Shown here in pieces: positions 46,368 through 64,000 of a DNA stretch of 64,000 nt; within the stretch, counting starts at the first letter, position 1, and each line of letters opens with the position of its first letter. Below the pieces are notes generated by a model. The model did not search any database, was not told the DNA's origin, and saw nothing but the letters and a program-made list of their open reading frames with translations. Source of the stretch: the human T2T-CHM13v2.0 reference genome, Homo sapiens. The translations under genes were made by a program, and so were the position numbers. The DNA lies in NCBI RefSeq assembly GCF_009914755.1, contig NC_060928.1. One strand, given 5' to 3'.

Positions 46368-46967
46368 ACTTGGGAAGTGTATGAGTAACATTGAAGAAAC
46401 TGCCAAACTCTGTTTTCCAAAGTAGTTGTGCCATTTTACATTTCCACCAACAGTAAATGAGAGTTCCAGTTGTTTTAAGTCATTGCCAACGCTAGTCTTT
46501 TTAACTTTAGCTATGATAATGGATATGTAGTGGTATCTCGATGAGGTTTTAATTTTCATTGAATGATGACGTTCAGCCTACTTTCAATGTACTTTTTTGC
46601 CATCCTCATGGCTAGTTTGGTGAAGAGCCTGTTCAGTTTGTTTGCCTCCCGCCCCACCACATTTTTTTTTGTACTGGATTGGGTCTTTGGTCTTTTATTA
46701 TTGAGTTTTAAGTGTTCTTTGTGTGTGTGTGTGGTAGGGAGTCGGACAGAGTCTTGCTCTGTTGCCCAGACTGGGGTGCAGTGGTGCCACCTTGACTCAC
46801 TGGAAGGCTTACCTCCACCTCCCAGGTTCAAGAAATTCTCCTGCCTCAGCCTCCCAAGTAGCTGGAATTAAACAGGTGCACACCACCAAGCCAGGCTAAT
46901 TTTTATATTTTCAGTAGAGATGGGGTTTCACCATGTTGGCCGGTATGGTCTCAAACTCCTGACCTCA

Positions 46968-47078
<111 letters not shown>

Positions 47079-47370
47079 CTATTCTAGGTCCCTTGTATTT
47101 CCATATAAATTTTAGAATCAGCTTGGAAACTTCTACAAAATAGAAAAATTTTGCCAGATTTTCACTGGCATTGCATTGAATCTATAAAATCAATTTGGGG
47201 AGAATTTACATCTTGAAAATATTAAGTATTTTGATTTATGCAGATGATATATCTCCATTTTATTTAGGTTTTCTTTAATTTTTCTCAGTAATACTCTCAG
47301 TTTTTAGAATACAGGTCTTGTAAGCCTTTTGTTATCCCTCAGTATTTCTTATTGTGTGATGATCTAGTAA

Positions 47371-47925
<555 letters not shown>

Positions 47926-48026
47926 TAGCTGTAGGTTTTGTTATAGATACTTTTTATCAGATTGAGGAAGTCCCTTTCTCTTCCTAATTTGCTGGAGTTT
48001 TGTTTTTTGGGCTTTGTTTTTTTTGA

Positions 48027-48345
<319 letters not shown>

Positions 48346-49769
48346 TAATATAAAGGAACATTGGATTTTGTCAAATGCTTTATCTGCGTCTATTGAGATG
48401 AAGTTTTATCCTTGTTTAGTCTGTTAATACAATTAATTATATCGATTGGTTTTAAATGTTAAACAACCTTTATTCCTGAGATAAACTACACTAGATCATA
48501 ACGTCTTCTTTTCATTAATTGCTTGTTTCAATTCGGTAATATTTGGTTAAGGATTTTTGTATCTTCTTTTTTTTTGAGACAGTCTCACTCTGTTTCCCAG
48601 GCTGGAGTGTAGTGGCCTGATCTCGGCTTACTGCAACCTCTGCCTCCCGGATCCAAGTGATTCTCATTCCTCAGCCTCCTCAGTAGCTGGGATTACAGGC
48701 GCCCACCACAATGCCTGGCTGATTTTTGTGTTTTTAGTAGATACAGGGTTTCGCCATGTTGGTCAGGCTGGTTTCAAACTCCTGACCTCAGGTGATCCGC
48801 CCGCCTCAGCCTCCCAAAATGCTGGGATTATAGGTGTCAGCCACGATGCCCAGCCTTTTGTATCTATGTTTATGAGGAATATTGATCTGAGTTTGTTTAC
48901 TATTTTTGTAATATTTTGTCTGATTTTGACATTAAGGTAACACTAACCTAATAAAATAAGTTCAGAAGTATTTTTTTTCTTTTTTTTCTGAGTTTGTGTA
49001 CAGTTGGTATATTTTCCTAAAATGTTTCATAGATTCAGTTTGTGTACAGTTAGTATTATATTTTCCTGAAATGTTTGATAGATTCACTGCTGAAGCCATC
49101 TGGGCTTAGAATTTTCTTTTTAGGAAAAGATTTTCATAGATTTTAACTATGAATTCAATTTCTTATAAGCTATAGGCTAGTCAAGCTATCTATTCTTTTT
49201 TTTTCCTTCCCTATGAAGACAGGGTCTTGCTATATTGCCCAGGTTGTTCCTGGACTCCTAGGTTCAAGCAATCCTCCTGCCCCAGCCTCCCAAAGTGCTA
49301 GGATTACAGGCGTGAGCTACCACATAATATTCTCTTATTACTCTTTTAATGTCTGTGGGATCTGAAGTGATGGCTCCTTTTTATTCTTGATATTGGGAAT
49401 TTTGTGTCTTTTCTCTAGAGCTTTTAAAATCAATGTTACTGATTTTTTTCACAAATAACCAGTTCTTGATTTTATTGATTATCTTTATTTTTTTCTGGTT
49501 CCAATTTCACCAATTTCTTCTCTTTTCTTTATTATATTTTCCTTCAGTTTTCTTCAAGTTTAGCTTAATCTTCTTTTTTTATGGTGGACGTTGTATCATT
49601 GATTTGAGATATAACTTGTTTTCTTATAAACATTTAACGTTATAAAATCCTACAAACGTTGATGTTGTTTTTATTATCTTTCAGTTCAAAATATTTTATT
49701 TTTTTTTCTTTTTAAACCCAGAGACAGTTCAGAATATTTTCTAATATCCTTTGTGATTTATGTTTTTGA

Positions 49770-50021
<252 letters not shown>

Positions 50022-50154
50022 TAGCCAGGATGGTCTCCATCTCCTGACCTCGTGATCCACCCGCCTCGGCCTCCCAAAGTGCTAGGATTACAGGCATGAG
50101 CCACCGTGCCCGGCCAGTATGTTCTAACTATTCTAGCTGTTTTATTTTTGTTGA

Positions 50155-50447
<293 letters not shown>

Positions 50448-50935
50448 TGATCCACCCTCCTCGGCCTCCCAAAGTGCTGGGATTACAGGTGTGAGCCACT
50501 GCACCTGGCCAGATTTCTATAGTTTGAAATTGAATGAGACTTGTTTTATGGTTCAAGATATTGTCCATCTTGGTGAGCGTTCCATGTAACCTTGAAAAGA
50601 AAGTGTATTTTGCAATTGTTGGGCATGATATTTTATAAATGTTAGTTAAGTTAAGGATGTCAATAGTGTCTTTCAGATCTTCTGTAAACCTACCATTTTT
50701 TTAAGTTGTTCTATTACTGAGAGAAGTGCATTAAAATCTCTAACTTTGTAGGTTTGTCTATTTCTTCTCATTTCTATCAAGTTTTGCTTTATACATTTGT
50801 CATACGTTGTTAGTGGGCATATATATATATTCCATCCTACTGCCCTTTTCCTTTTTGTCTCTTGTAGTACTCCTTATCTTGAAGTCTATTTTATCTAATA
50901 TTAATAGCCACTGAAGCTTTCTTATTGACTATTAG

Positions 50936-51250
<315 letters not shown>

Positions 51251-51269
51251 TGAGTCACCACGCCCAGCC

Positions 51270-51622
51270 TCAGACTAGGTTTAAACAACAGAACTTTATT
51301 TCTTACACTTCTAGAGAATGAGAAGTCCAAGATGAAAGTGCTAGCAAGGTACCTTTTATCCTGAAGCCTTTTTTCTTTGTTTCTAGGTGGCTGCCATCTT
51401 GCTGTGTGCTTGCATGGCCCCTTCTTGATGGATATGTGGGAGACAGAGCAAGCTCTCCAGCCTCTCTTTTTATAGGGGCATTAATCCTGTCATGAGGGCT
51501 CGAACCTCATGAACTCATCTAACCCTAGGCCTCTCAAAGGCCCTAGCTCTAAATGCTATCCCATTGGAAATTAGGGATTCTACATTTGAGTTTTGGGAGG
51601 ACACAAACATTCAGTCCATAAC
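51270..51622 (-). mobile_element. MLT1A-type LTR
   Basis: AAACAACAGAACTTTATTTCTTACAC...AAGTCCAAGAT ... ACACAAACATTCAGTCCATAACA. Confidence 0.8.
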
Positions 51623-51629
51623 AAAAATA

Positions 51630-52260
51630 CAGTAGTGTCTCTGTATCTGTGGGGATTGGTTCCAGGACCTTCCTCAATTCTTTGCATGCTCAAGTCCCTG
51701 ATATAAAATGACATAGTATTTACACACAATCTATGCATATCCTCCCATATACCTTAAATCATCTCTAGATTACTTATAATACCTAATACAATGTAAATGC
51801 TGTGTAAATAGTTGTTACACTGTATTGCTTAGGAAATAATGATCAAAATAAGTTCGTACATGTTTAATACAGTTGCCTTTTTTTTTGTTTGTTTGAGACA
51901 GAGTCTCACTCTGTCAACCAGGCTGGAGTGCAATAGCACCATCTTGGCTGACTGTAGCCTCCCTCTCCCAGGTTCCAGTGATTCTCCTGCCTCAGCCGCC
52001 TGAGTAGCTGGGATTACAGTTACGTGCCGCCACACCTGCCTAATTTTGTGTTTTTAGTAGAGATGGAGTTTCACCACGTTGGCCAGGCTGGTCTTGAATT
52101 CCTGATCTCAAGTGATCCCTCCGCCTGAACCTCCCAAAGTGCTGGGATTACAGGCATGAGCCACCACACCCAGCTTGCAATTTTTTTTAATAATATTTTT
52201 GACCCAAGGCTGGTTGAGTCCAGAGATGCGGAACCCATGGGTATGGAGGGGATGACTATA
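51630..52260. mobile_element. MER2 (Tigger MITE) split by an Alu
   Basis: TA-CAGT...TATCTGTGGGGATTGGTTCCAGGACC ... GATGCGGAACCCATGGGTATGGAGGG. Confidence 0.85.
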
Positions 52261-52844
52261 CTATTTATTTTTAAAGGCATCTTTCTGGCTGTTTCTAATT
52301 GGAAAATCCAGGTTAAGTCCCTTGGGGCTAATCTTGTTTTCCAGCAGTGTTTGCTGTCTGCTTTACTGAACGCTGCAGTACAGGTTTTGTCTGTCTGTTG
52401 GTTAATCCAACACAGTCTTCCTGACACTAGAGCTTTTGCACCCTTCAAAAATTGCTTTCATACATTTCATTAAAGAAACACCAAGGCTTCTTCACTCTAT
52501 CTAAAGTCACAGTGAAAGCAAAAGTGCAAAAGATTATATTGTGCACTAAATTTCTTTGCCTTCAAAGACACTCAGGTTGTGGCTGACTGAATACCAATAA
52601 ACATTCACCAATTCAGAGGATTAAGGCCAATTTTAGTTTGCTTTTATTTCTTGTATTTGGACCTCAGCTACCCATAGTTGAGGTAATCATTGTCTTCAGT
52701 TCATGGCACATCATAACCATTGTGTGCAAGACTCTGCTCTTGTTTTATTTTAATATTTTTCCTTTCCTCACACAGTCCCTCTCACAACCCCTGCCTCAGA
52801 ACCTAAGTGGTCACACTAATGCATTTGACATATGGTTTAGATGA

Positions 52845-53390
<546 letters not shown>

Positions 53391-53586
53391 ATTTAAAACC
53401 ATGTGTGTATTCTGGCCAGGAGTGGTGGCTCACGCCTGTAATCCCAGCACCTTGGGAGGCCGAGGAGGGTAGATCACGAGGTCAAGAGATCGAGACCATC
53501 CTGGCCAACATGGTGAAATCCCATCGCTACTAAAAATACAAAAGTCAGCTGGGCATGGTGGCACGCGCCTGTAGTCCCAGCAGCTA

Positions 53587-53844
<258 letters not shown>

Positions 53845-54274
53845 TTAGGGGGTTGGTTTTTAACTTATACAACTAGTATTGAGATATAGCTCTGATTCAG
53901 TTTCTTTTTTTTTCATTCATCAATGTATTTTTTAACTGAATTAATTAATTAATTAATTTATTTAATAGAGACGAAGGTCTCACTATGTTGTCCAGGCTGG
54001 TCTCAAACTCCTGAGCTCAAGTGATCCTCCCCGCTCAGCCTCCCACTAAGTGCTAGAATTACAGGCGTGAGCCACCAAGTCTGGCTATTTCTAACCTTTT
54101 CAACATATCTGTTGCTGTGCATAAATCTAGTTCCTAGTGGCCGGGCATGGTGGCTCATGCCTGTAATCCCAGCACTTTGGGAGGCTGAGGCGGGTGGATT
54201 ACCTGAGGTTAGGAGTTCAAGACCAGCCTGGACAACATGGTGAAACCTCATCTCTACTAAAAATACAAAAATTA

Positions 54275-54397
<123 letters not shown>

Positions 54398-54792
54398 CTA
54401 CAGAGTGAGACTCCATCTCAAAAAAAAAAAAAAAAAATCTAGTTCCTAGCTTTCTTACTGGTGCATGGTTTTCTATGACAACCATCGAGCACATCCGTTC
54501 TCCTACTGATGGACACATCCAGGATCCAGGCTGCTCCAGCTTGCTCTCTCAAACAGTGCTGTTTGCATCACCCTCCTTCATCCATAGCACCTATTGGACC
54601 TGTGCAGAGTTTGGGAAGCTCATACTTGGGAGTGGGCTTTCTGACCCCTAAATGCTTTATTTCATTAAGTACTTTACTGCCACATTGTTCACCTGTTTAC
54701 TCTGCCACCTGTGCAGTGAGACTGGAGAATTTGTTTCCCCACATCCTCAGGGTATTACATACATTTCTTTTCTTTTTTCTTTTTTTTCCTGA

Positions 54793-55216
<424 letters not shown>

Positions 55217-55740
55217 TGAATACCTGGATTACAGGCAGCCACCACCACACCCAGCTAATTTTTGTATTTTTAGTAGAGACGGAGTTTTACTATCCCTAGG
55301 CTGGTCTCGAACTCCTGACGTCAAGTAATCCGCCCGCCTCAGCCTCCCAAAGTGCTGGGATTACAGAGGTGAGCCACTGAGGCTGGCCATATTACCTGTA
55401 TTTCTAATGTTTATGATGGGAGTGAAGTGACATCTTTGTATTTTAATTTGTATTTCTTTGACTTCAAGTTAGGTTGAGCAGCTCTTCATCTACTTTAAGT
55501 CTTTAGATTTTCTCCTTCCATGGATTGTTCCTGTGCTTTGAATATTTTTTCTACGAGGTTCTGCCCCTTGTTGTGGTTGATTAACATACATTCTTTGCAC
55601 ATTCTAGATGTTGATACTTCAGGTGTGGGATGTTGCAAATCTCACACCTAAATGCACCAACTTTGACAGTGGTGTTCTTTCTTGAACAGAAATCCTTTAT
55701 TTTTGAAGAAGAGAAATCTGTATTTTTATATACTGCTTAA

Positions 55741-56337
<597 letters not shown>

Positions 56338-57367
56338 TAATTTTTGTAGTTTTTGTAGAGATGGGGTTTCACCATGTTGCCCTGGCTGGGCTCCACCTCC
56401 TGCACTCAAGCAATCTTGGTGCAATCAGGTGCGTGCCACCACACCCGGCTAATTTTTGTATTTCTAGTAGAGATGGGGTTTCACCACGTTGGCCAGGCTG
56501 GTCTCAAACTCCTGACCTCGTGATCTGCCTGCCTCAGCCTCTCAAAGTGCTGGGATGATAGGCGTGAGCCACCGCACCCGGCCAAGGAGTAGACTTTTTA
56601 AATTTCCTTGATAAACATCTAATGAGTTCATAGTTTGGTTAATTTCTAGACACTTTACAACTGTGTCATTACTGTAAATGAAATCTTACTTACATTTAAT
56701 ATTACTTAGTATTTAATTTTCTAGTTATTGCTGGTGTAGGAAAACACTAATTTTTTTAAATTGGCATTTTGTCTTGCAACTTTGTTGGATACTTTACTGA
56801 GACTCCAAATGACCTACTGCTTGGCATCTCCCTCTATCAGGCAGCAGAAAGAAAGACTACCAGAGTACCGCTTCCCCAGCTCCCAAAAGCTTGGAAATGA
56901 TTAAGCAGTAAATGAATTTGGAGATCTCTCTCAGACTTGTCACAATGAAGTCATTAAGAATGAAGAGAAGGAGTTTCAAACCACGAGTTATGAACCCAAA
57001 TGCCTGCATAAAGGAATAAATGGACTAGGTGTAAAGCAATAGGGAATGGTGGTGACTGCGGCAAATCGGAAAGGACAGACTCTAACTAAAAAGGGCAGAC
57101 CTAGTCAGCCTCAGCTAACTCTTGCCATGCAACAATGAAAGCCCAGTTTTTTCACATCATTAGAGTTTTTAGGAGAAGCCCCAAATCCTTGATTTTACAA
57201 TGTTAGCAATTAATTGAAAAATTTAAAAATATTGAGTGGGCCAAAAAAATTATATCTGTAGGATGGATTTGTTTCAACCTACTGGTCTGCAACTTATGGT
57301 CTAAGAATGTCCAAAGTGGAGGGGACAATAGGGAAGTAACTGAATATCACCTCTGTACCCTACCCTC

Positions 57368-57819
57368 TGTTAACCCAAAATATCTGAGACAGGTCTCAGT
57401 CCATTTAGGAAGTTTATTTTGCCAAAGTCAAGGATGTGCACCATGACACAGTCTCAGAAAGTCGTGACGACATGTGCCCAAGGTGGTCAGGGCACAGCTT
57501 GATTTTATACATTTTAGGGAGACATGAGACACCAATCAATATATGTAAGACGAACACTGGTTCAGTCTGGAAAGGCAGGACCACTCGAAGCTGGGAGGGG
57601 GCTTCCAGGTCACAGATAGGCGAGAGACAAACTGTTGCATTGTTTTGAGTTTCTGATTAGCTTTTCCAAAGGAGCCAATCAGATACGCATTTATCTCAGT
57701 GAGCAGAGGGATGAGACTTTGAGTAGACTGGGAGGCAGGTTTCCCTTAAGCAGTTCCCAGCTCGACTTTTCCTTTTAGCTTAGTGATTCTGGGGTCCCAA
57801 TATTTATTTTCCTTTCACA
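57368..57819 (-). mobile_element. MER4A1-like ERV1 solo LTR, uninterrupted
   Basis: Reverse start TGTGAAAGGAAAATAAAT...GGGACCCCAGAATCACTAAGCTAA; ~450 bp; perfect TSD CCTC. Confidence 0.9.
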
Positions 57820-58191
57820 CCTCCTACTTCCTTTTTCCTTCCCTCCTACCCCACGTTGCCTTTACTGTGCAGGGTTCTATTCCAGCCAGCTTGGACACTA
57901 GGCTTGTGGAAATTCAGTTTAGAATTTAAAGAGAGAAGAGGGAGCTTGGGGCTTGAGAAGGTGTGTGCCGGACCCAGATCATACAGCCTTGAGAAATCCC
58001 CAGAGGACAGATGTCTAAGGTGGGACATGAATTGACAATTAGCTTACCAGCTTCACCTGAACCCAGGTTTGACCCTAGAACCATGTCAGCATTTCCCAAC
58101 CTCATTTGGAGCTGAGCAGACCAGGATGGCTCCCGTGAATGAGTCCATATGCTGGACCAGAGCCAGCCTCCCATGGTGTAAGGGCTGTTGG

Positions 58192-58993
58192 TGGTAAGGG
58201 CTGAATTGTGTCCTGCCACCAAATTCTCAGACTGAAGTCCTAACACCGAGTACCTCAGAATGTGACAGTATTTGAAGATAGGGCCTTTTAAGAGTTAAGA
58301 GTTAATTAAGGTAAAATGAGGTCATATGTGTGAGTCTTTTTTTTTTTTTTTTTTGAGACGGAGCCTCGCTCTGTCACCCAGGCTGGAGTGCAATGGCATG
58401 GCACGATCTCAGCTCACCGCAACCTCCACCTCCCAGGTTCAAGCGATGCTCATGCCTCAGCCTCCTGAGTAGCTGGGATTAGAGGCGTGCACCACCACGC
58501 CCAGCTAATTTTTGTATTTTTAGTAGAGACGAGGTTTCACCACGTTGGCCAGGCTGGTCTCAAATTCCTGACCTCAAGAGATCCAGCTGCCTCTGCCTCC
58601 GAAAGTGCTGGGATTACTGGTGTGAGCCACTGCGCGCTGGCACCCATGGCAGGCATTCATTAATTAGAGGCCAGGGGTACTGTTTAACATTCTGCAATGC
58701 ACAAGACAACCCTGCACCCCAACAAATGTGTGTGGGTCTTAATCCAATGTGGCTGGTGTCCTTATGAGAAAAGACTAAGACACAGACACACGCAGAAGAG
58801 ACACCAACCATGTGAAGACACCGAAAGGTGACGGCCATCTACAAGCCAAGGAGAGAGGACTTAGAAGGAATTAATCCTGCTGACGCCTTGATCTTGGACT
58901 TCCAGCCTCCAAAAGTGTGAGAAAATAAATTTCTGTTGTTCAAGCTACCCAGTATTTGGTACTTGGTTATGGCAGCCCCAGCAAACTAATACA
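58192..58993 (+). mobile_element. MLT1A/B-type LTR split by an Alu plus a templated MER20 piece
   Basis: GGGCTGAATTGTGTCC...AGTACCTCAGAATGTGAC ... GCAAACTAATACA. Confidence 0.85.
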
Positions 58994-59181
58994 TTAGGGT
59001 TTTTGTTTGTTTGTTTGTTTTTTAAGAAATTGAGGTACAGAGTTGGGTGTGAAGATTTCTGGGGATCAGTGTTGGAAAATCCTATAAGAACACGAGGAAA
59101 GGCCAGGCGTGGTGGCTCAAACCTGTAATCCCAGCACTTTGGGAGGCTGTGGTGGATGGATCACTTGAGGTCAGGAGTTCA

Positions 59182-59529
<348 letters not shown>

Positions 59530-59534
59530 CTACA

Positions 59535-59745
59535 TCAGTCATTCTCAAGGTGAAGGGAGTGTGATTTTGCTCCCAAGGAGGTGTTTGGCTGTCACACTGG
59601 GAAGCAGGGGTGATGAGTGCCCACTGCAGCATTCATTAGAGGCCAGAGATGCTGTTTAGCATCTACAATACACAAGACAACCCTGCCCCACAACAAAGAA
59701 CCATCCAGCTCAAATGTCCATAGTGCTGAGATTGAGAAACTCTGC
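59535..59745. mobile_element. MER20
   Basis: CAGTCATTCTCAA ... AATGTCCATAGTGCTGAGATTGAGAAACTCTG TIR pair. Confidence 0.8.
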
Positions 59746-59992
59746 CTACATCAAGGAGCCACTGGCCACGGGCTGCTCTTGCAAGGGTATGCCCTTGGGC
59801 AGATCCCAGCAGCTTAGGGCAATTCCCAGTGTGGCGTGTGGCTGTGAGCAGTCAGCAGCTCATGTTCCCAACAGATTGGAAATGGGTGTGTTTGCCATGG
59901 AGAGAGGATCTCAGCAGAGCAGAGTCACTCTCTGGCCCCTCAGACTGCTCTTTCTTATGTTATAAAAATAATGACCTACCATATTTAGGACC

Positions 59993-60862
59993 TGATATAG
60001 TTTGGATATTTGCTTTGCTCAAATCTCAGTGTTGAAATGTAATCCCCCATGTTGGAGGTGGGCCTTGGCAGGAGGTGATTGGATAATGGGGATGGATTTC
60101 TCATGAATGGTTTAGCACCGTCCTGTTGATGCTGTCCTCATGATAGTGAGCTCCCATGAGAGCAGGTTGTTTAAAAGTGTGTGGCAAAAAATATAAAAAA
60201 TAAAAATAAAAAAGCATATAATAGGCCAGGCGCGGTGACTCACGCCTATAATCCCAGCACTTTGGGAGGCTGAGGCAGGCGGATTGCCCGAGCTCAGGAA
60301 TTCAAGACCAGCCTGGGCAACATGGCAAAACACTGTTTCTACTAGAAATACAAAAAATTAGCTAAGCATGGTGGCACATGCTTGTAGTCCCTGCTACTCG
60401 GAGGCTGAGGCACCAGAACCTAGGAGGGGGAGGTTGCAGTGAGCCGAGATCGTGCCACTGCACTCCAGCCTGGGCGACAGAGCAATATTATCTAAATATA
60501 TATATATATATATATTTAAATATATATATTCAAATGTATATATTTAAATATATATATTCTTTCTATATATAGATAGATATAGATCTCTATCTATAGAGAG
60601 AAACAAAAATAAAATAAATAGAAGTCTGTGGCACCTGCCTCAGTCTCTCTTGCTCCTGCTCTAGCCACGTAAGACATGTCTGCTTCTCCTTCGCCTTCTG
60701 CCATGATTGAAAGTTTCCTGAGACCTTCCCAGAAGTCAAATAGCTGTCAGCGCCTTGTTTCCTGTACAGCCTACAGGACTCTGAGCCAATAAAACCTCTT
60801 TTCTTTATAAATTACCCTGTCTCAAGTATTTCGTTATAGCAATGCAAGAATGACCTAATACA
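59993..60862 (+). mobile_element. MSTA/MSTB-type LTR split by an Alu with an (AT)n tail
   Basis: TGATATAGTTTGGATAT ... AATAAAACCTCTTTTCTTTATAAATTACCC ... GACCTAATACA. Confidence 0.9.
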
Positions 60863-61387
60863 AGACTCTATCCTGTAGGCTTTACATATATTATCTCGTG
60901 TAAGCCTCATAAAAATCCCAAGAGGTAGTTTTCATCGCCCCATTTTATAGTATGGGAATCTGAGACTTAGAGAAGGTTAATCACTCACCTAAGATTACTG
61001 AGCTTGTCAGTTACAGGACCAGAATTTGAATCCAGGACTGTCAGCCTTCAATCTCTGGCTTTTTTGCAAATAGGAGGGACAACATTTGCTAAAACAAGAG
61101 CAACACTCATAGGAGAAGGAGGAGGATGAACTACAAGCTTAGCCTGGAATGAACATAGAGCCCAGGCTCAGAGCAGCACAAAGCCCTGAAACAATGTCTG
61201 ATACTGTGCGAACATTCTAAGGCCAGACCTGAGCTCAGGATTCCTGGAGAGAAGCCTCCTGCCACCTTCCTATCCACAAATATTAATGGGTTATGAAAAA
61301 TAAGCCCTCTCACCAGGAGGACTTTTCTTTTTTCCCTCCTCAAGGAGAATATATGGACCTTTAGACTTTATATGGTGACAGTAATTA

Positions 61388-61445
61388 TAAAAAAGGGGAA
61401 AAAAAACCACTTTCTGGTAGTCAATTGTATAAAAATAATTTTATT
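61388..61445 (-). terminator. Distal polyadenylation signal AATAAA (61440-61445) with GT/T-rich downstream element
   Basis: Minus strand AATAAA ... GTGGTTTTTTTTCCCCTTTTTT; further minus-strand AATAAA hexamers at 61505-61510 and 61892-61897. Confidence 0.8.
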
Positions 61446-62412
61446 TACTACTGTAAATAAAGTAGTGCAAAGAGTAGTTTGGACCCACAATATTGCATTA
61501 CTGATTTATTCACTACCTTAGCAGCATGTAGTATACAGACATTCTGCTCTTCCTCTTCCTCTCTAACACACACACACACACACACACACACATATCCCTG
61601 TACAGACTCACGCAGGCATGAGGGGTAGGGATGAAACTATAAGCTAGAGGCTTACTTGCTGCATATTCCGTTGCTGCCAGTCTATTCTAACGTGTAATTC
61701 ATGGAGAAGACTACAGTTAAGTACTAAGAATCTTCTAAATGTAATTTCATGGATTGCAATTGAAATGTAAAAGATATCCGACAATGCCATTAAATGATTC
61801 GGAAGCACTAGGACCCTAGAAAAATTCAAGGAGAAAAATGTAAACCAATTTACAAAGCTATTGCCCTCCCTGCATTTCCAGGCACAAACAATTTATTTCA
61901 AGGTGCCTTATAACTGCTAGGTCTTGGAAGTCAAAGAGAAATCTATCAATTCAGCTTTGAGGAACAGGGCTGTGGCAAGCACAGGTACCAAAATATTATC
62001 CACCTTGTAGAGTAGTCATAATTTTCTGTTCTTCAATAAAGGGATGAAGCACGCACTGTGATTCTTAAGACACATCTTAGTGTATAAGAATCCAGATCTG
62101 CCGTAGGGCATGCTATGACTCCTAATACATACAATCACTAGAACAAAAGTCTGTGATGGCCCAGTAAACTTCCCCACATGCCCTATGATCAAGATGTTCC
62201 TTGTATGTGTTTGATGACCTTTGGTATTACCACTGCCTGATCTGGGTACTTCCTTGTAATTTGACTTTAAAAAAAATGACACCAATTGCAAAATTTGCAT
62301 CCAGTTGACAAGACATTTAAGGTGTTTATCAGGATCATGCCCTGGCCCCAGCTTCCCAATACCAGCTGTTGAAAAGATTCTCTCTCATCTGGAGAGAACT
62401 GGAGTGCACAGT
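61420..62412 (-). other. SEL1L3: SEL1L3 3' UTR
   Basis: Repeat-free sequence following the TGA at 62413, ending at an AATAAA with a downstream T-rich element; cleavage site estimated at ~61420. Confidence 0.85.
61566..61592. repeat. (CA)n STR in the SEL1L3 3' UTR, (UG)n in the mRNA
   Basis: About 13 CA units. Confidence 0.92.

Positions 62413-64000
<1,588 letters not shown>

Overview
Primate (very likely human) genomic DNA, mostly repeat-derived and extremely Alu-dense. The only real coding sequence is the terminal exon of SEL1L3 on the minus strand (C-terminus ...[10 protein letters not shown]...NNPEPRG*, 62413-62552), followed by a ~1 kb 3' UTR. From recalled gene order, not checked here, this places the window on human 4p15 downstream of SEL1L3. 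Other content: a processed SLIRP pseudogene at the left edge; a ~3.1 kb ancient NUMT (partial COX3-Gly-ND3-Arg-ND4L-ND4-His-Ser-partial Leu) split by an AluSp; many solo LTRs, several with readable TSDs (MER11, MER9, MER4-group, MER41, MER51, MST, MLT1); a relic two-LTR MLT1F-like element; DNA-transposon fossils (MER75 piggyBac, Charlie/MER3/MER20/MER53/MER58/MER96, Tigger); and old L1M and MIR fragments. Most ORFs in the supplied track come from Alus and other repeats, and none looks like a functional gene. I found no new gene system. The most unusual signals are template-switch scars readable directly in the sequence: an Alu-SLIRP chimeric retrocopy inside one TSD, a fold-back inversion around an inverted Alu pair, a multi-templated insertion inside an L1, a locally templated MER20 piece at an Alu 5' junction, and a probable Alu-Alu gene conversion. 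Repeat subfamily names are from memory of consensus sequences, not from a RepeatMasker run.
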